Positions 47,709 to 57,179 of a DNA stretch of 64,000 nucleotides are shown piece by piece. The notes below the pieces were generated by a model. It searched no databases and was not told the DNA's origin. It worked only from the letters and a program-made list of their open reading frames with translations. Numbering within the stretch: position 1 is the first letter of the stretch; the number at the start of each line of letters is the position of its first letter. The position numbers were made by a program, and so were the translations under genes. This DNA comes from Alphaproteobacteria bacterium (GTDB lineage Bacteria; Pseudomonadota; Alphaproteobacteria; RUG11792). The DNA lies in the NCBI GenBank assembly GCA_017481035.1, contig JAFUQI010000060.1, positions 159-64,158 on the forward strand, written 5' to 3'.

Positions 47709-48902
47709 TCACCTCTTAAATACGCTATCAATATCTATTCCAGACTTTATCATATCCCAAATCGGGCTCATTTTCCTTAACTTATTTGTTGCATTTATAA
47801 GAGCTTCGATTGCTACATCTATATCTTCTTTTGTTGTCATTCTACCAATCGAAATTCTCAATGATGACTGTGCTATATCTGGCCTTATATTCATTGCTGC
47901 TAGAACATGTGAAATTGATAGCTTATTTGATGTACAGGCCGATCCAGAAGATATAGCTATTCTATTTGCCTCCATCATTAGCGCTTCACCTTCACACCCC
48001 CTAAAGCTTAGGTTTATTATTCCGGGATAGTTAGAAGATCCTGAACCATTAATATAAATCTCTTCTAATTGTGCTTTTATCGAATCTATCAAATACATAC
48101 GAAGATTCTTAATTCTATTATAATCACTCTCCATAGACTCTTGAGCAATGTTCGCTGCTGCGCCAAATCCAACACACAAAGGAACTGGAATGGTCCCTGC
48201 CCTTATTCCAAACTCAACATCATAGTTTGCATTTGGAATCCTTATGTATTTTCGTTTTGTTTTTTTGCAGAAAAGAATTCCTATACCTTTAGGGCCATAT
48301 ATCTTATGTGCAGAAGCGCTTAGGAAATCTATATCGAGAAATTTAACATCTATTGGAATTTTGCCAAATCCCTGCGTTGCATCTATATGCAGCAAAACAT
48401 CATTTTTAGTACACATTTCTGAGATTCGTTTTATATCTTGTAGAGCCCCAGTTTCATTGTTAACAAGACAAATAGACAATAACCCAACATTTTCCAATAA
48501 TGTTTCTAAAGCTTCAAAATTCAACAACCCATCACTATTTATATCAAGGTATTTTACAGCTACGCCACCTCTTCTCAATGTTTCGGCACAGGTTAAAGTT
48601 GCCTTGTGTTCTGTCTTGATAGTTGCAAAAAAGCGATCCTTAATGTGTTCCATTGCTCTTAGTATAGCTATGTTGGATGACTCGGTCGCTCCACTAGTAA
48701 ATATAACTTCATCAAAATCAGCATTGATTAAATTTGCTATCTGTTGTCTAGCTCTATTTTCACCACCCTTCGCTTTTTCTCCATACAAATGCAGTGAATT
48801 TGGATTACCGAAGTTTTCAGAAAAGTATGGTATCATAGCGTCAATAACCCTATTATCACAAGGCGTTGTTGCAGCATAGTCTAGATATATTTTGTCCTGC
48901 AT
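47709..48902 (-). CDS. iscS: Cysteine desulfurase (IscS/NifS)
   Basis: 397 aa. Has the PLP lysine motif SASAHKIYGPKG and the active-site Cys in SSGSACTS. Confidence 0.9.
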   Translation of the reverse strand: MQDKIYLDYAATTPCDNRVIDAMIPYFSENFGNPNSLHLYGEKAKGGENRARQQIANLINADFDEVIFTSGATESSNIAILRAMEHIKDRFFATIKTEHKATLTCAETLRRGGVAVKYLDINSDGLLNFEALETLLENVGLLSICLVNNETGALQDIKRISEMCTKNDVLLHIDATQGFGKIPIDVKFLDIDFLSASAHKIYGPKGIGILFCKKTKRKYIRIPNANYDVEFGIRAGTIPVPLCVGFGAAANIAQESMESDYNRIKNLRMYLIDSIKAQLEEIYINGSGSSNYPGIINLSFRGCEGEALMMEANRIAISSGSACTSNKLSISHVLAAMNIRPDIAQSSLRISIGRMTTKEDIDVAIEALINATNKLRKMSPIWDMIKSGIDIDSVFKR

Positions 48903-48960
48903 AATCTTATCTTCCTAAAAGAAAAAACTACATTAGACATTATATTATTAAACTTTGAAA

Positions 48961-49674
48961 TTATATTAGAAAATTTTTTTTACATTGTATGATTTGTCCT
49001 GGCTTTAAGTCTCCAAGTTCATACGGACCGTATTTTGTCCTTATAAGTTTATTCACTTGTATATCAAAATAGTTCATTAGTTTTCTAATTTCTCTGTTTT
49101 TCCCTTCTCTTAAGGTTAATTCAATCCAAAAGTTTTTTCCATCTCCTGTTTTTATTGTATTTACTTCAACTGGAGCATAGCATATTCCTGAAATTGTTAT
49201 GCCTGATTCAAGTTGCTTGATAATTGCATCATTAATTGTTCCAAAGCACCTAACTCTATATTTTCGTTCCCAAGCGGTTTTTGGCGACTCTGCTAATCTC
49301 GCAAAATCAGCATTATTTGTAATTAAAAGCAACCCTTCTGAATTTAAGTCAAGTCTTCCAACTGATATTACTCTTTCACTAATTTTTGTTTTTATGTTAT
49401 CAAATACAGTCGGTCTATTCTTTTCATCTCTATGAGTTGTTATTAATCCATTAGGTTTATAATACTTCCAAACTTTTATTTTTGAAGCTTTTGTTAAAGT
49501 ATATAGTTTATCGTTGTACGTTATTTGATCTCCATAATAAACTTTGCTACCAAGAGCGGTAATCGTTTTTTTATTCACAGTTATTTCGCCTGTTTGAATT
49601 AATCTATCTGCATCTCTTCGTGAACAAATACCCAAAATCGATAATGCCTTATTTAGTCTTATAGTTTCTGTCAT
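48961..49674 (-). CDS. rluB: rRNA pseudouridine synthase (RsuA/RluB family)
   Basis: 237 aa. Has an S4 domain (RLNKALSILGICSRRDADRLI) and the catalytic motif VGRLDLNSEGLLL. Confidence 0.8.
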   Translation of the reverse strand: MTETIRLNKALSILGICSRRDADRLIQTGEITVNKKTITALGSKVYYGDQITYNDKLYTLTKASKIKVWKYYKPNGLITTHRDEKNRPTVFDNIKTKISERVISVGRLDLNSEGLLLITNNADFARLAESPKTAWERKYRVRCFGTINDAIIKQLESGITISGICYAPVEVNTIKTGDGKNFWIELTLREGKNREIRKLMNYFDIQVNKLIRTKYGPYELGDLKPGQIIQCKKNFLI

Positions 49675-49741
49675 TATATGAATCTTTTTTTTGATTTATT
49701 ATAGCACATCAATTGATCCGTGATGTGCCATAATAATAAAA

Positions 49742-50581
49742 TTAGAAACCAAGTGCGTTCTTAAGCCACTTGAAAGGCTTTAATATAATATCGAAAAATG
49801 AAAAAGTGTTATTATTTGTGTTCAATAATGTATTGTTATCATTTGTATTCAATTTTGAGATATGATTATTCCAAATTATTTGAGCTTCTTCTTTTGTGGC
49901 ATTTACCAATGATTCTGCAAGTCTTCTATTTGTCTGAAATATCATATAACACATAGGTTGTCTCCAGTTACCACCCCAAATATTAAAACCATGTTTTTTG
50001 AAAATTTGTGCGATTTCTGGTGTTATCATGCCAGGACGTTGAAGGCCTCGGTTCATAAACCTATCATCTGAACCTTTTTCTTGTATTATTGTTTTATGTA
50101 TTGCATCTAACTCTGCTGGATCTGATATATACCTGCTCAAATCATCTTTTACTTGTTTTTTGTCTTCTTCATAATCTGAAGATCTTTGTGGAATTACATA
50201 ATTATGAATAGCATCAAAAGACGGATTCATATATGGGTTTACATCGATAGCAAGTCCAAAGGCATGAATAGATGGAGTTTTTGTTGGGTCGTTTCGTATC
50301 TCTCTATGATTATAAATACCAATTGAATAAATTGGAAAATTCATATCATATAGTTCTTTAAAAATTTCCTGGATTGAATCGCAAGCGACATCCAAAGCCT
50401 GGACCTTCATTGTTGATTCTCCCCCTGAAAAAGTTCTGTGTTGTATTTCTATTGTTTGTATTCGTCCTCCTATCTTTCCTTCTAATTCTTCTAGTTTCAT
50501 AAATTCCGCAGAATTAATTGCATTCGCAAAAAGCAATAACCCACAAATTTTTTTTACCATATTCATAATAACAATAAACAT
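49742..50581 (-). CDS. Secreted M15-family (VanY/DD-carboxypeptidase-like) peptidase homolog
   Basis: 279 aa. Has a signal peptide, the SxHxxGxAxD motif in SIHAFGLAIDVNP, and the later block GFNIWGGNW...MCYMIFQ. Confidence 0.6.
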   Translation of the reverse strand: MFIVIMNMVKKICGLLLFANAINSAEFMKLEELEGKIGGRIQTIEIQHRTFSGGESTMKVQALDVACDSIQEIFKELYDMNFPIYSIGIYNHREIRNDPTKTPSIHAFGLAIDVNPYMNPSFDAIHNYVIPQRSSDYEEDKKQVKDDLSRYISDPAELDAIHKTIIQEKGSDDRFMNRGLQRPGMITPEIAQIFKKHGFNIWGGNWRQPMCYMIFQTNRRLAESLVNATKEEAQIIWNNHISKLNTNDNNTLLNTNNNTFSFFDIILKPFKWLKNALGF

Positions 50582-50623
50582 CTACTTGCGAAAGTATAAT
50601 ACTTAACTGCAAAATAGTCAATA

Positions 50624-50917
50624 TTAAAAAGATTTTTCAAATATACCTTTAAAAAAGATATTATTAAAAGGCGTTAATTTTGAAGTAAGCTTATATTCAT
50701 TACCGTTCCATCTAATAGCAGATATTCTTTTATATCTGAACGATGGAGGTGGTTTTGGAAAAATGACATTATATTGAGATTTATTTAGTTGATCTGGAGC
50801 TATATTCGCTCTTGTGTTTATAATATCATTATAAATTTTTGCTGTTGTTGAAGTTATGTCTTCATTTTTTTCTAGCAATACTATGCGTTCATATAGTGTA
50901 GAAATTAGTTTCTTCAT
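50624..50917 (-). CDS. Phage/GTA head-tail adaptor (head closure, RcGTA g7-like)
   Basis: 97 aa. The pattern LYERIVLL...TRANIAP...ISAIRWNGNEYKLTS...FFKGIFEK fits the Phage_H_T_join layout. Directly follows the g6-like gene. Confidence 0.5.
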   Translation of the reverse strand: MKKLISTLYERIVLLEKNEDITSTTAKIYNDIINTRANIAPDQLNKSQYNVIFPKPPPSFRYKRISAIRWNGNEYKLTSKLTPFNNIFFKGIFEKSF

Positions 50918-50932
50918 TTTATGCCTCCATTT

Positions 50933-51460
50933 TTAATGTAGAGTTAATGGACGATGGCTATGTATAATATGTTTGACATATTTTGACTCGAGAACGTCCT
51001 CATCAGAACATTCGTAGATATTTTTTGCTATTTGAAGAACTGCAAATTGTAAGTCACAAGATACCTCAAATTGCTTATCAGTTATGCCTGCTGTATATAT
51101 AACTTCAATTGGATCCTTGTATCCATTTGTAATTATTATCGTTTTATCATTGCATGAATCTACTCTATATTCTATATCTTCCTTTGTTTTTTCATTAATG
51201 CGTTTTACAGAATATACTTTTATAACTTGTCTTATCGGAAGGATAACTTTTCGTGTTGGAGAAATTTCATTCGTATAATCTGTATATTTGAACTTTTTCT
51301 TTAAAATAGGTCTTTCTATATTTTTTTCTAATATATCAGTTGCCATATTAATAATTGTTTTAAGGTAACCATCTTCATGATCATGATCAATTCTTAGATG
51401 CGCTTTTAGTATTGAGATTGGTAAAACATAAGAGTTTGCCTGTTCTATTACTATATTCAT
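50933..51460 (-). CDS. Phage gp6-like head-tail connector (RcGTA g6-like)
   Basis: 175 aa. The N-terminal SILKAHLRIDHDHEDGYLKTIINMATDILEKNIERPIL is the typical connector motif. Confidence 0.6.
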   Translation of the reverse strand: MNIVIEQANSYVLPISILKAHLRIDHDHEDGYLKTIINMATDILEKNIERPILKKKFKYTDYTNEISPTRKVILPIRQVIKVYSVKRINEKTKEDIEYRVDSCNDKTIIITNGYKDPIEVIYTAGITDKQFEVSCDLQFAVLQIAKNIYECSDEDVLESKYVKHIIHSHRPLTLH

Positions 51461-51521
51461 AATTTATTTCCTTTCAAAAACGATATTTAAAACGATGGTT
51501 TTTATCTCCATCCTAAAAATA

Positions 51522-51570
51522 TGTTAACGTAGGTTAATTTTTCGTGTCAAAAAATAAAAACTCCCATAAA
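51522..51570 (-). promoter_or_regulatory. Copy 4 of the TTTATGGGAGT-N9-TTGACA-N17-TTAACA upstream element (before the GTA g6-like gene)
   Basis: On the minus strand the box is at 51570-51560, TTGACA at 51550-51545 and TTAACA at 51527-51522. The start codon is at 51460. Confidence 0.6.
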
Positions 51571-52066
51571 AATTTATGTTTTTATAAATCTTACACGTCA
51601 GAAAATGCTTTGTTTTCAATAGCTGTTAATATCTCTGTGACCAAATATATTATGCTTGGGTGCTACTATAATAGTATCGCACAACCGACATAAGTCGAAT
51701 GCAGGTATAAAGAAGATTATTAAAAGAAATGGATGTTTTCTGTGGTACTGCAATCATTTTTAGTATTATTTGCCGTTGTTTTGCTAGTGACGCATAAGTT
51801 CATTTTTTATTAATTTGATTGTTAATTCATGAACTAGCTGCCTAATATCAGCTCGACAAAAAACATATAACTTTATGTAAAAATATTATTTAATAGGTAT
51901 CAAGAGCAATATTATTTTGCGACGTATAGCTCAATTTCAGCAATCTGCTTATCGTAATGCGATTGCTATCATACAAAATACTTGTATACAAGCTTCATTG
52001 ATATAATTGAACAGAAATAAATATAATTATTAATGATTTTTGTAAGTGTTTTTTTTATTCGTTTTT

Positions 52067-53872
52067 TCAACACTCACTCGTTTCAGAGTCACAGTCTTCA
52101 TAATACTCTTGATCGCATGAATCTGTTTCTATGTTAGAAGTCCTACGATGTTGGTTTAGATAATCTATTCTATTTTGTGGCAATACAAAAACTACATGAT
52201 CTCTATCACCGTCAAATTTTATACCTGTATTATTCTCTAGCGTTTCCAACCGCATATCTTTTCTTACATTTTTTGTTAAGTATGTACAATCTAAAGGCAC
52301 CCTAAATCGAACAGGACTATCTTCTGTACCTTGTAAAGTTATTGTAAAGTTTTGTGTTTGAGTTTCTATGTATTTTGGAAGTACGCATATTGAGTCTGCT
52401 TCAAATATACATTTGCCGTTAGACGCAAATGATTCAAGATCTCTAACATCAGTAAAATCTATAATCGATTCAGATCTATTTATTAATGTCCCATTTTCTC
52501 CAATATATAAAAATGTATTGTTTGCAAATTTCATATTCCCACAATTTTCAAATTCTGCTGAACTAGATGATATGCTTAGACCAGACTTTTCTGATATTGT
52601 ACTTTTAATATCGATCTTTCCAGTAGTTGGGATGTATTCGATGATGTCAATGCCATTTTCTCGCTCGGTGAAATATTCTTTTATTATTGTTTCATTTGTT
52701 ATATTGTTATCTGCTTTCCATTTAAGTAGAGCTATATTAATTAAATTTTTTAGTGTTTTATTTGTATCAATATCTTTAAGTTCATTCATCGCAATTATTT
52801 TGAAGGAATGGGCATTCTTTTCTAGCCACTTTTTATTGTCTTTTTGCCATTTTAATATTGAATTAGCTAGATCGCTTGCATTAATGCACTCATCTATGCC
52901 TAGTTTTTTATATGTTATATGTTTGATGCCACTTTGAACTTTTTTGTGACCGTTGTTTAGAAATTTATCATTAACTATTAATGTTCCACCAGTTATATCA
53001 ATGCTATTATAATTTATTGAATCTTTTAGCAATCTTAAATTTACAAAAGTTTTATCTTTTCCTGGCTTTAAAATTATATGTCCATAATTTTTAAAACCAT
53101 TTTTATACTCAAAATTTTCTCCATTTTGGCTACCAATTATTTCCAATGTTTCATTTTGAGAAATGTGTTTTTTATCTAGTTGATCTTCTTCAAATTCAAC
53201 TGTAATATTAACTGTTTTATTAATAAACTTTATTCCTGTTTCGTCTCTAATTGCTTGTAACAAGTTCTGGTAATTTTTATTAATATATTGACATTCCTTT
53301 GGTATGATTACAATCAGTGTCTTTTTGACCTCTTTTATATTGTATAAATCTACCGTTATACATTCAGCTCTTTTAGTTATTTTCTTTGGTATTATGATTC
53401 TAGATAACTCTTTCGGTTCAAGTAAAAAATTATGCTTAGAAAGATCATAACTTTCAGACATATCAAATATACTACCTGATTCACCAATAATAACAGCACT
53501 ATCGTCAGAGCCTATAGTGCTGTTCTCTTTAAGCTTTATTATTCCACTATTGTTAATATTAATTTCACTATTAAGTATGCCTGATATATTTATTATTCCT
53601 TTTTTGCCATTATTAAAAATTCCATTTCCTGTAATTGAAACATCAGAATTTTTGCTTGTATTAAAAGTACCGTGGTTATTTATTTCTCCATTTATGACAA
53701 AAGTTATACCGGATCCGTTATTTTCAATAGAACCACCTTCCAGAACATTTATGGTATTCTTTTCTGCTAAGTCTATCGTACTGTTAACATCGCATTTTAG
53801 TTTACCGCTAATAAAAAGTCCAGAACCTGGATCGTAGTAAGCTGTGGTTTTCTTTGTAGGTTTGCCATACAA
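52067..53872 (-). CDS. Asn/Gly-turn (beta-helix-like) repeat protein with two Cys-containing GIKF modules; the frame stays open upstream to 53944
   Basis: 601 aa. Has repeats such as IENNGSGITFVINGEINNHGTF..GNGIFNNGKKGIINISG. Shows an internal duplication (...IIPKECQYINKN...ETGIKFINKTVNITVEF versus ...RVPLDCTYLTKN...NTGIKFDGDRDHVVFVL). The tail is acidic and Cys-rich. The track start is a TTG. Confidence 0.65.
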   Translation of the reverse strand: MYGKPTKKTTAYYDPGSGLFISGKLKCDVNSTIDLAEKNTINVLEGGSIENNGSGITFVINGEINNHGTFNTSKNSDVSITGNGIFNNGKKGIINISGILNSEININNSGIIKLKENSTIGSDDSAVIIGESGSIFDMSESYDLSKHNFLLEPKELSRIIIPKKITKRAECITVDLYNIKEVKKTLIVIIPKECQYINKNYQNLLQAIRDETGIKFINKTVNITVEFEEDQLDKKHISQNETLEIIGSQNGENFEYKNGFKNYGHIILKPGKDKTFVNLRLLKDSINYNSIDITGGTLIVNDKFLNNGHKKVQSGIKHITYKKLGIDECINASDLANSILKWQKDNKKWLEKNAHSFKIIAMNELKDIDTNKTLKNLINIALLKWKADNNITNETIIKEYFTERENGIDIIEYIPTTGKIDIKSTISEKSGLSISSSSAEFENCGNMKFANNTFLYIGENGTLINRSESIIDFTDVRDLESFASNGKCIFEADSICVLPKYIETQTQNFTITLQGTEDSPVRFRVPLDCTYLTKNVRKDMRLETLENNTGIKFDGDRDHVVFVLPQNRIDYLNQHRRTSNIETDSCDQEYYEDCDSETSEC

Positions 53873-53944
53873 ATCTATCTGAGTTTCTTCTTTTCCAAAA
53901 CTAAATATTGTATTCGATATTTGAAAATATTCACCATTGTCGTT

Positions 53945-54556
53945 TTAATAAAATAAACCGTTTAGGCCAAAAACATCATCTTTTCTGTATAGTTTTAATA
54001 TTTCTTGGTCGTCAACTAGTATAGTAGATTTTTTGTTATCAATGTTGACAGTAATTTCTGTAGTTTTGGGGAGCAGTTGAATTATTCCTCCACTATTATT
54101 CGTAAGTGTTCCATTTAAGAAAATCGCACTATTAGTTGAAAAATGACCTGTATTTGTCATGTTGCCCCAAATAGTAAATTCAGTGTCTGGTGATTTGGTT
54201 AATTTATCAACTGGTATGATTACATCTGCTGAGCCTACTACGTGCTGCCTATCAATAGGCTGTAAGATATGGATAAAATCATCTTGGCTGATATCGCTAT
54301 GTTTATCTGTATGATATTTTATATTACCTTCATTTTTAAAAGTACCTCTATCTGATATAACGATTTGACTTTTATTATTTACGATAATCGTATTGTTTTG
54401 TAAATTAGAGTAATCTCCATATATATTGAGTTTTTCTCCATTTAAAGTTATATCGCTATACTCATATGCTCGAGTGTTTTTGTTGTTGTTTAGGTCTGTT
54501 ATTGTTGCGGCATTAATAGTCCCAAACAGTATAAAACAGAAAAACAGACGAAACAT
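53945..54556 (-). CDS. Signal-peptide-bearing N-terminal part of the same repeat protein (ends at an in-frame TAA)
   Basis: 203 aa. Has the signal peptide MFRLFFCFILFGTINAA and motifs FKNEGNI, MTNTGHF and LTNNSGGII. It is in the same reading frame as 52067-53872. Confidence 0.6.
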   Translation of the reverse strand: MFRLFFCFILFGTINAATITDLNNNKNTRAYEYSDITLNGEKLNIYGDYSNLQNNTIIVNNKSQIVISDRGTFKNEGNIKYHTDKHSDISQDDFIHILQPIDRQHVVGSADVIIPVDKLTKSPDTEFTIWGNMTNTGHFSTNSAIFLNGTLTNNSGGIIQLLPKTTEITVNIDNKKSTILVDDQEILKLYRKDDVFGLNGLFY

Positions 54557-54589
54557 TTGATATTAATATAAATGGTTCCAACATTTATA

Positions 54590-57163
54590 TTATACTAAAT
54601 ACTTCTTTAAAAATCTACCAGTATAGCTTTGTTCACAATTAGCGACATCTTCTGGTGTGCCTTCGACGACTATATTTCCGCCACCAGCGCCACCTTCTGG
54701 CCCAATATCGATTATCCAATCTGAAACCTTTATAACATCCATATTATGCTCAATAACAACAACTGAGTTTCCTGCTTCGACTAATATTTGCAGAATCTCA
54801 ACTAGTTTTTTAACATCATCTGCATGAAGACCTGTTGTTGGTTCGTCTAGAATATACAGTGTGTTACCAGTTGATTTTCTTGATAGCTCTTTTGCAAGCT
54901 TAACTCTCTGTGCCTCTCCTCCTGAAAGCAAAGTTGCTTTATGTCCAAGAGTTAAGTATCCGAGACCGACTCTACACAGGCTGTTTAACTTTTGATAGAT
55001 AGCTGGTTGATTTTTAAAAAACGCAGCCGATTCTTCTATCGTCATATCAAGAATGTCTGATATACTTTTACCATTGTATTTTATTTCTTGAGTTTCTCGA
55101 TTAAATCTACGTCCTCTGCATTGATCACATTCAACGTATACGTCTGGCAAAAAGTGCATTTCTACCTTAACGACACCATCTCCCTTACATGCCTCGCACC
55201 TTCCACCTTTAACGTTGAAAGAAAAACGACTACTTGTGTATCCCCTAGCTCTTGCTTCTGGGAGTGATGCAAAAAGGTTTCTTATATCTGTGAAGCATCC
55301 AACATATGTTGCTGGATTTGATCTTGGTGTTCTTCCTATTGGGGCCTGACTTATATCTATAACTTTATCTATAAGATCTATATTGCGAATGCTTCCAAGT
55401 TCTTTAACTTTTGTTGAACCTCTATTCAGTGTTTCGTATATAGCTCTAAAGAATGTGTCGATTATTAATGTTGACTTTCCCGATCCAGAAACTCCAGTCA
55501 CACAGACAAATGCTCCAAGTGGAATTTTAACATCTATGTGTTTAAGATTATTTGCATAGACATCCTTAAGCCCTATCGACCTATTTGGATTAATTCTGCG
55601 GCGTCTCTTTGGAACCTCTATCTTTTTTTCTCCTGAAAGATATTGTCCTGTTAAACTATTCGGATTTTTCTTAATTTCATCGACTGTTCCGACTGCACAT
55701 ATCTCACCGCCATGAACACCTGCCTTTGGACCTATATCAATAATCCAATCTGATGCATTCATAGTGTCTTCATCATGCTCAACGACTATAACAGAATTAC
55801 CGTAGTCGCGAAGCTCCTTTAGAGTCCCAATCAATCTATCGTTATCTCTTTGATGCAACCCTATTGAAGGTTCATCTAGAACATACATAACGCCTGTTAA
55901 ACCTGATCCTATTTGAGATGCTAGTCTGATACGTTGGCTTTCTCCGCCTGAAAGAGTTTCAGATGCTCTTGATAGTGTTAAATACTCAAGCCCAACGTTT
56001 ATTAAAAATTGTAGCCTTAATCGTATTTCATTCAAAATTTTTTCTGCTATAGATTGTTCTTTTTGTGTAAGTTTGTCCCAAACATCATCACACCATTTTC
56101 TGGAATCGACTATCGACATGTTTGATATTTCGGCTATATTCTTGCCGTCGATTTTGACACATAATGCCTCTTGAGATAACCTAGTTCCATTACATGTTGG
56201 ACACACCTCTCGATCATCAAATGTTATATCTTCCATATCGTCAACATCGATTCTTAGTTTTCTGCCGAATGGTAAATTTACGGTAATACCCTGCCTAAAA
56301 CCAAGACCTCCGCAGTCCTTACAAGCTCCCATTGGCGCGTTAAATGAAAATAATCTTGGCTCTATTTTTTCAATACAAAATCCAGATACAGGACAAGCAA
56401 ACCTTTCTGAAAAAAGCTTATCTTTATTTGTGTCAAACTCTCTGGCTATAAGAATGCCATCAGATTGCTTTAATGCTATCTCAACTGAATTTGCCAATCT
56501 TTCTTTTAACTCAGCTATCTCTTCTTTTGTTTCTGGAATAGATATTCGATCTATGACTACAAGAATATCATGCTTAATATTTTTTTCGAGAGGTGGCACA
56601 CTGTCAGTATCATAAAGTTCACCGTCAACAAAAACCTTACTGAAGCCGTCACTAACTAAGTGAGCCAGTTCAACTTTAAATTCACCTTTCTTTTTCCTTG
56701 CAATAGGCGCTAATAGATAGTACTTTTTGCCTGCTGGAAATGCAGCTATATCATCTACTATTTGCGATACCGTTTGAGCCGTTATTGGAAGACCGGTTGT
56801 AGGTGAATACGGAATGCCTATCCTTGCAAAAAGCAGTCTTAGGTAATCATATATTTCTGTTATTGTTCCAACGGTTGATCGCGGGTTTTTAGATATGGTT
56901 TTTTGCTCAATCGAAATAGCTGGACATAAACCTTCTATTTTTTCGACATCTGGCTTTGGCATTAAATTAAGGAACTGTCTTGCATACGAAGAAAGGCTTT
57001 CCACATAACGTCTTTGCCCTTCAGCATATAATGTGTCAAATGCCAACGTTGATTTTCCTGATCCACTCAAACCTGTTATAACAACAAGCTGATTCTTAGG
57101 AATATCAACATCGACATTTTTTAAGTTATGCTCTCTAGCGCCTCTAACTTTTATGTATTCCAT
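54590..57163 (-). CDS. uvrA: Excinuclease ABC subunit A (short form)
   Basis: 857 aa. Has two ABC modules ([42 protein letters not shown]) and Zn modules. Confidence 0.9.
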   Translation of the reverse strand: MEYIKVRGAREHNLKNVDVDIPKNQLVVITGLSGSGKSTLAFDTLYAEGQRRYVESLSSYARQFLNLMPKPDVEKIEGLCPAISIEQKTISKNPRSTVGTITEIYDYLRLLFARIGIPYSPTTGLPITAQTVSQIVDDIAAFPAGKKYYLLAPIARKKKGEFKVELAHLVSDGFSKVFVDGELYDTDSVPPLEKNIKHDILVVIDRISIPETKEEIAELKERLANSVEIALKQSDGILIAREFDTNKDKLFSERFACPVSGFCIEKIEPRLFSFNAPMGACKDCGGLGFRQGITVNLPFGRKLRIDVDDMEDITFDDREVCPTCNGTRLSQEALCVKIDGKNIAEISNMSIVDSRKWCDDVWDKLTQKEQSIAEKILNEIRLRLQFLINVGLEYLTLSRASETLSGGESQRIRLASQIGSGLTGVMYVLDEPSIGLHQRDNDRLIGTLKELRDYGNSVIVVEHDEDTMNASDWIIDIGPKAGVHGGEICAVGTVDEIKKNPNSLTGQYLSGEKKIEVPKRRRRINPNRSIGLKDVYANNLKHIDVKIPLGAFVCVTGVSGSGKSTLIIDTFFRAIYETLNRGSTKVKELGSIRNIDLIDKVIDISQAPIGRTPRSNPATYVGCFTDIRNLFASLPEARARGYTSSRFSFNVKGGRCEACKGDGVVKVEMHFLPDVYVECDQCRGRRFNRETQEIKYNGKSISDILDMTIEESAAFFKNQPAIYQKLNSLCRVGLGYLTLGHKATLLSGGEAQRVKLAKELSRKSTGNTLYILDEPTTGLHADDVKKLVEILQILVEAGNSVVVIEHNMDVIKVSDWIIDIGPEGGAGGGNIVVEGTPEDVANCEQSYTGRFLKKYLV

Positions 57164-57179
57164 ATCTGTACTCTTTTAA

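Noticed and set aside
48244-48879. 211-aa plus-strand ORF inside iscS; similar long antisense ORFs at 52368-52937, 53517-53837, 45429-45812 and 31441-31776
   Set aside because: Each lies entirely within and opposite to a motif-supported gene. None has a recognisable motif.
51729-51797. 22-aa hydrophobic ORF (MDVFCGTAIIFSIICRCFASDA) as a type I toxin candidate
   Set aside because: It has no SD, no obvious antisense RNA structure and no repeat of the peptide elsewhere in the window. It is too short to support.
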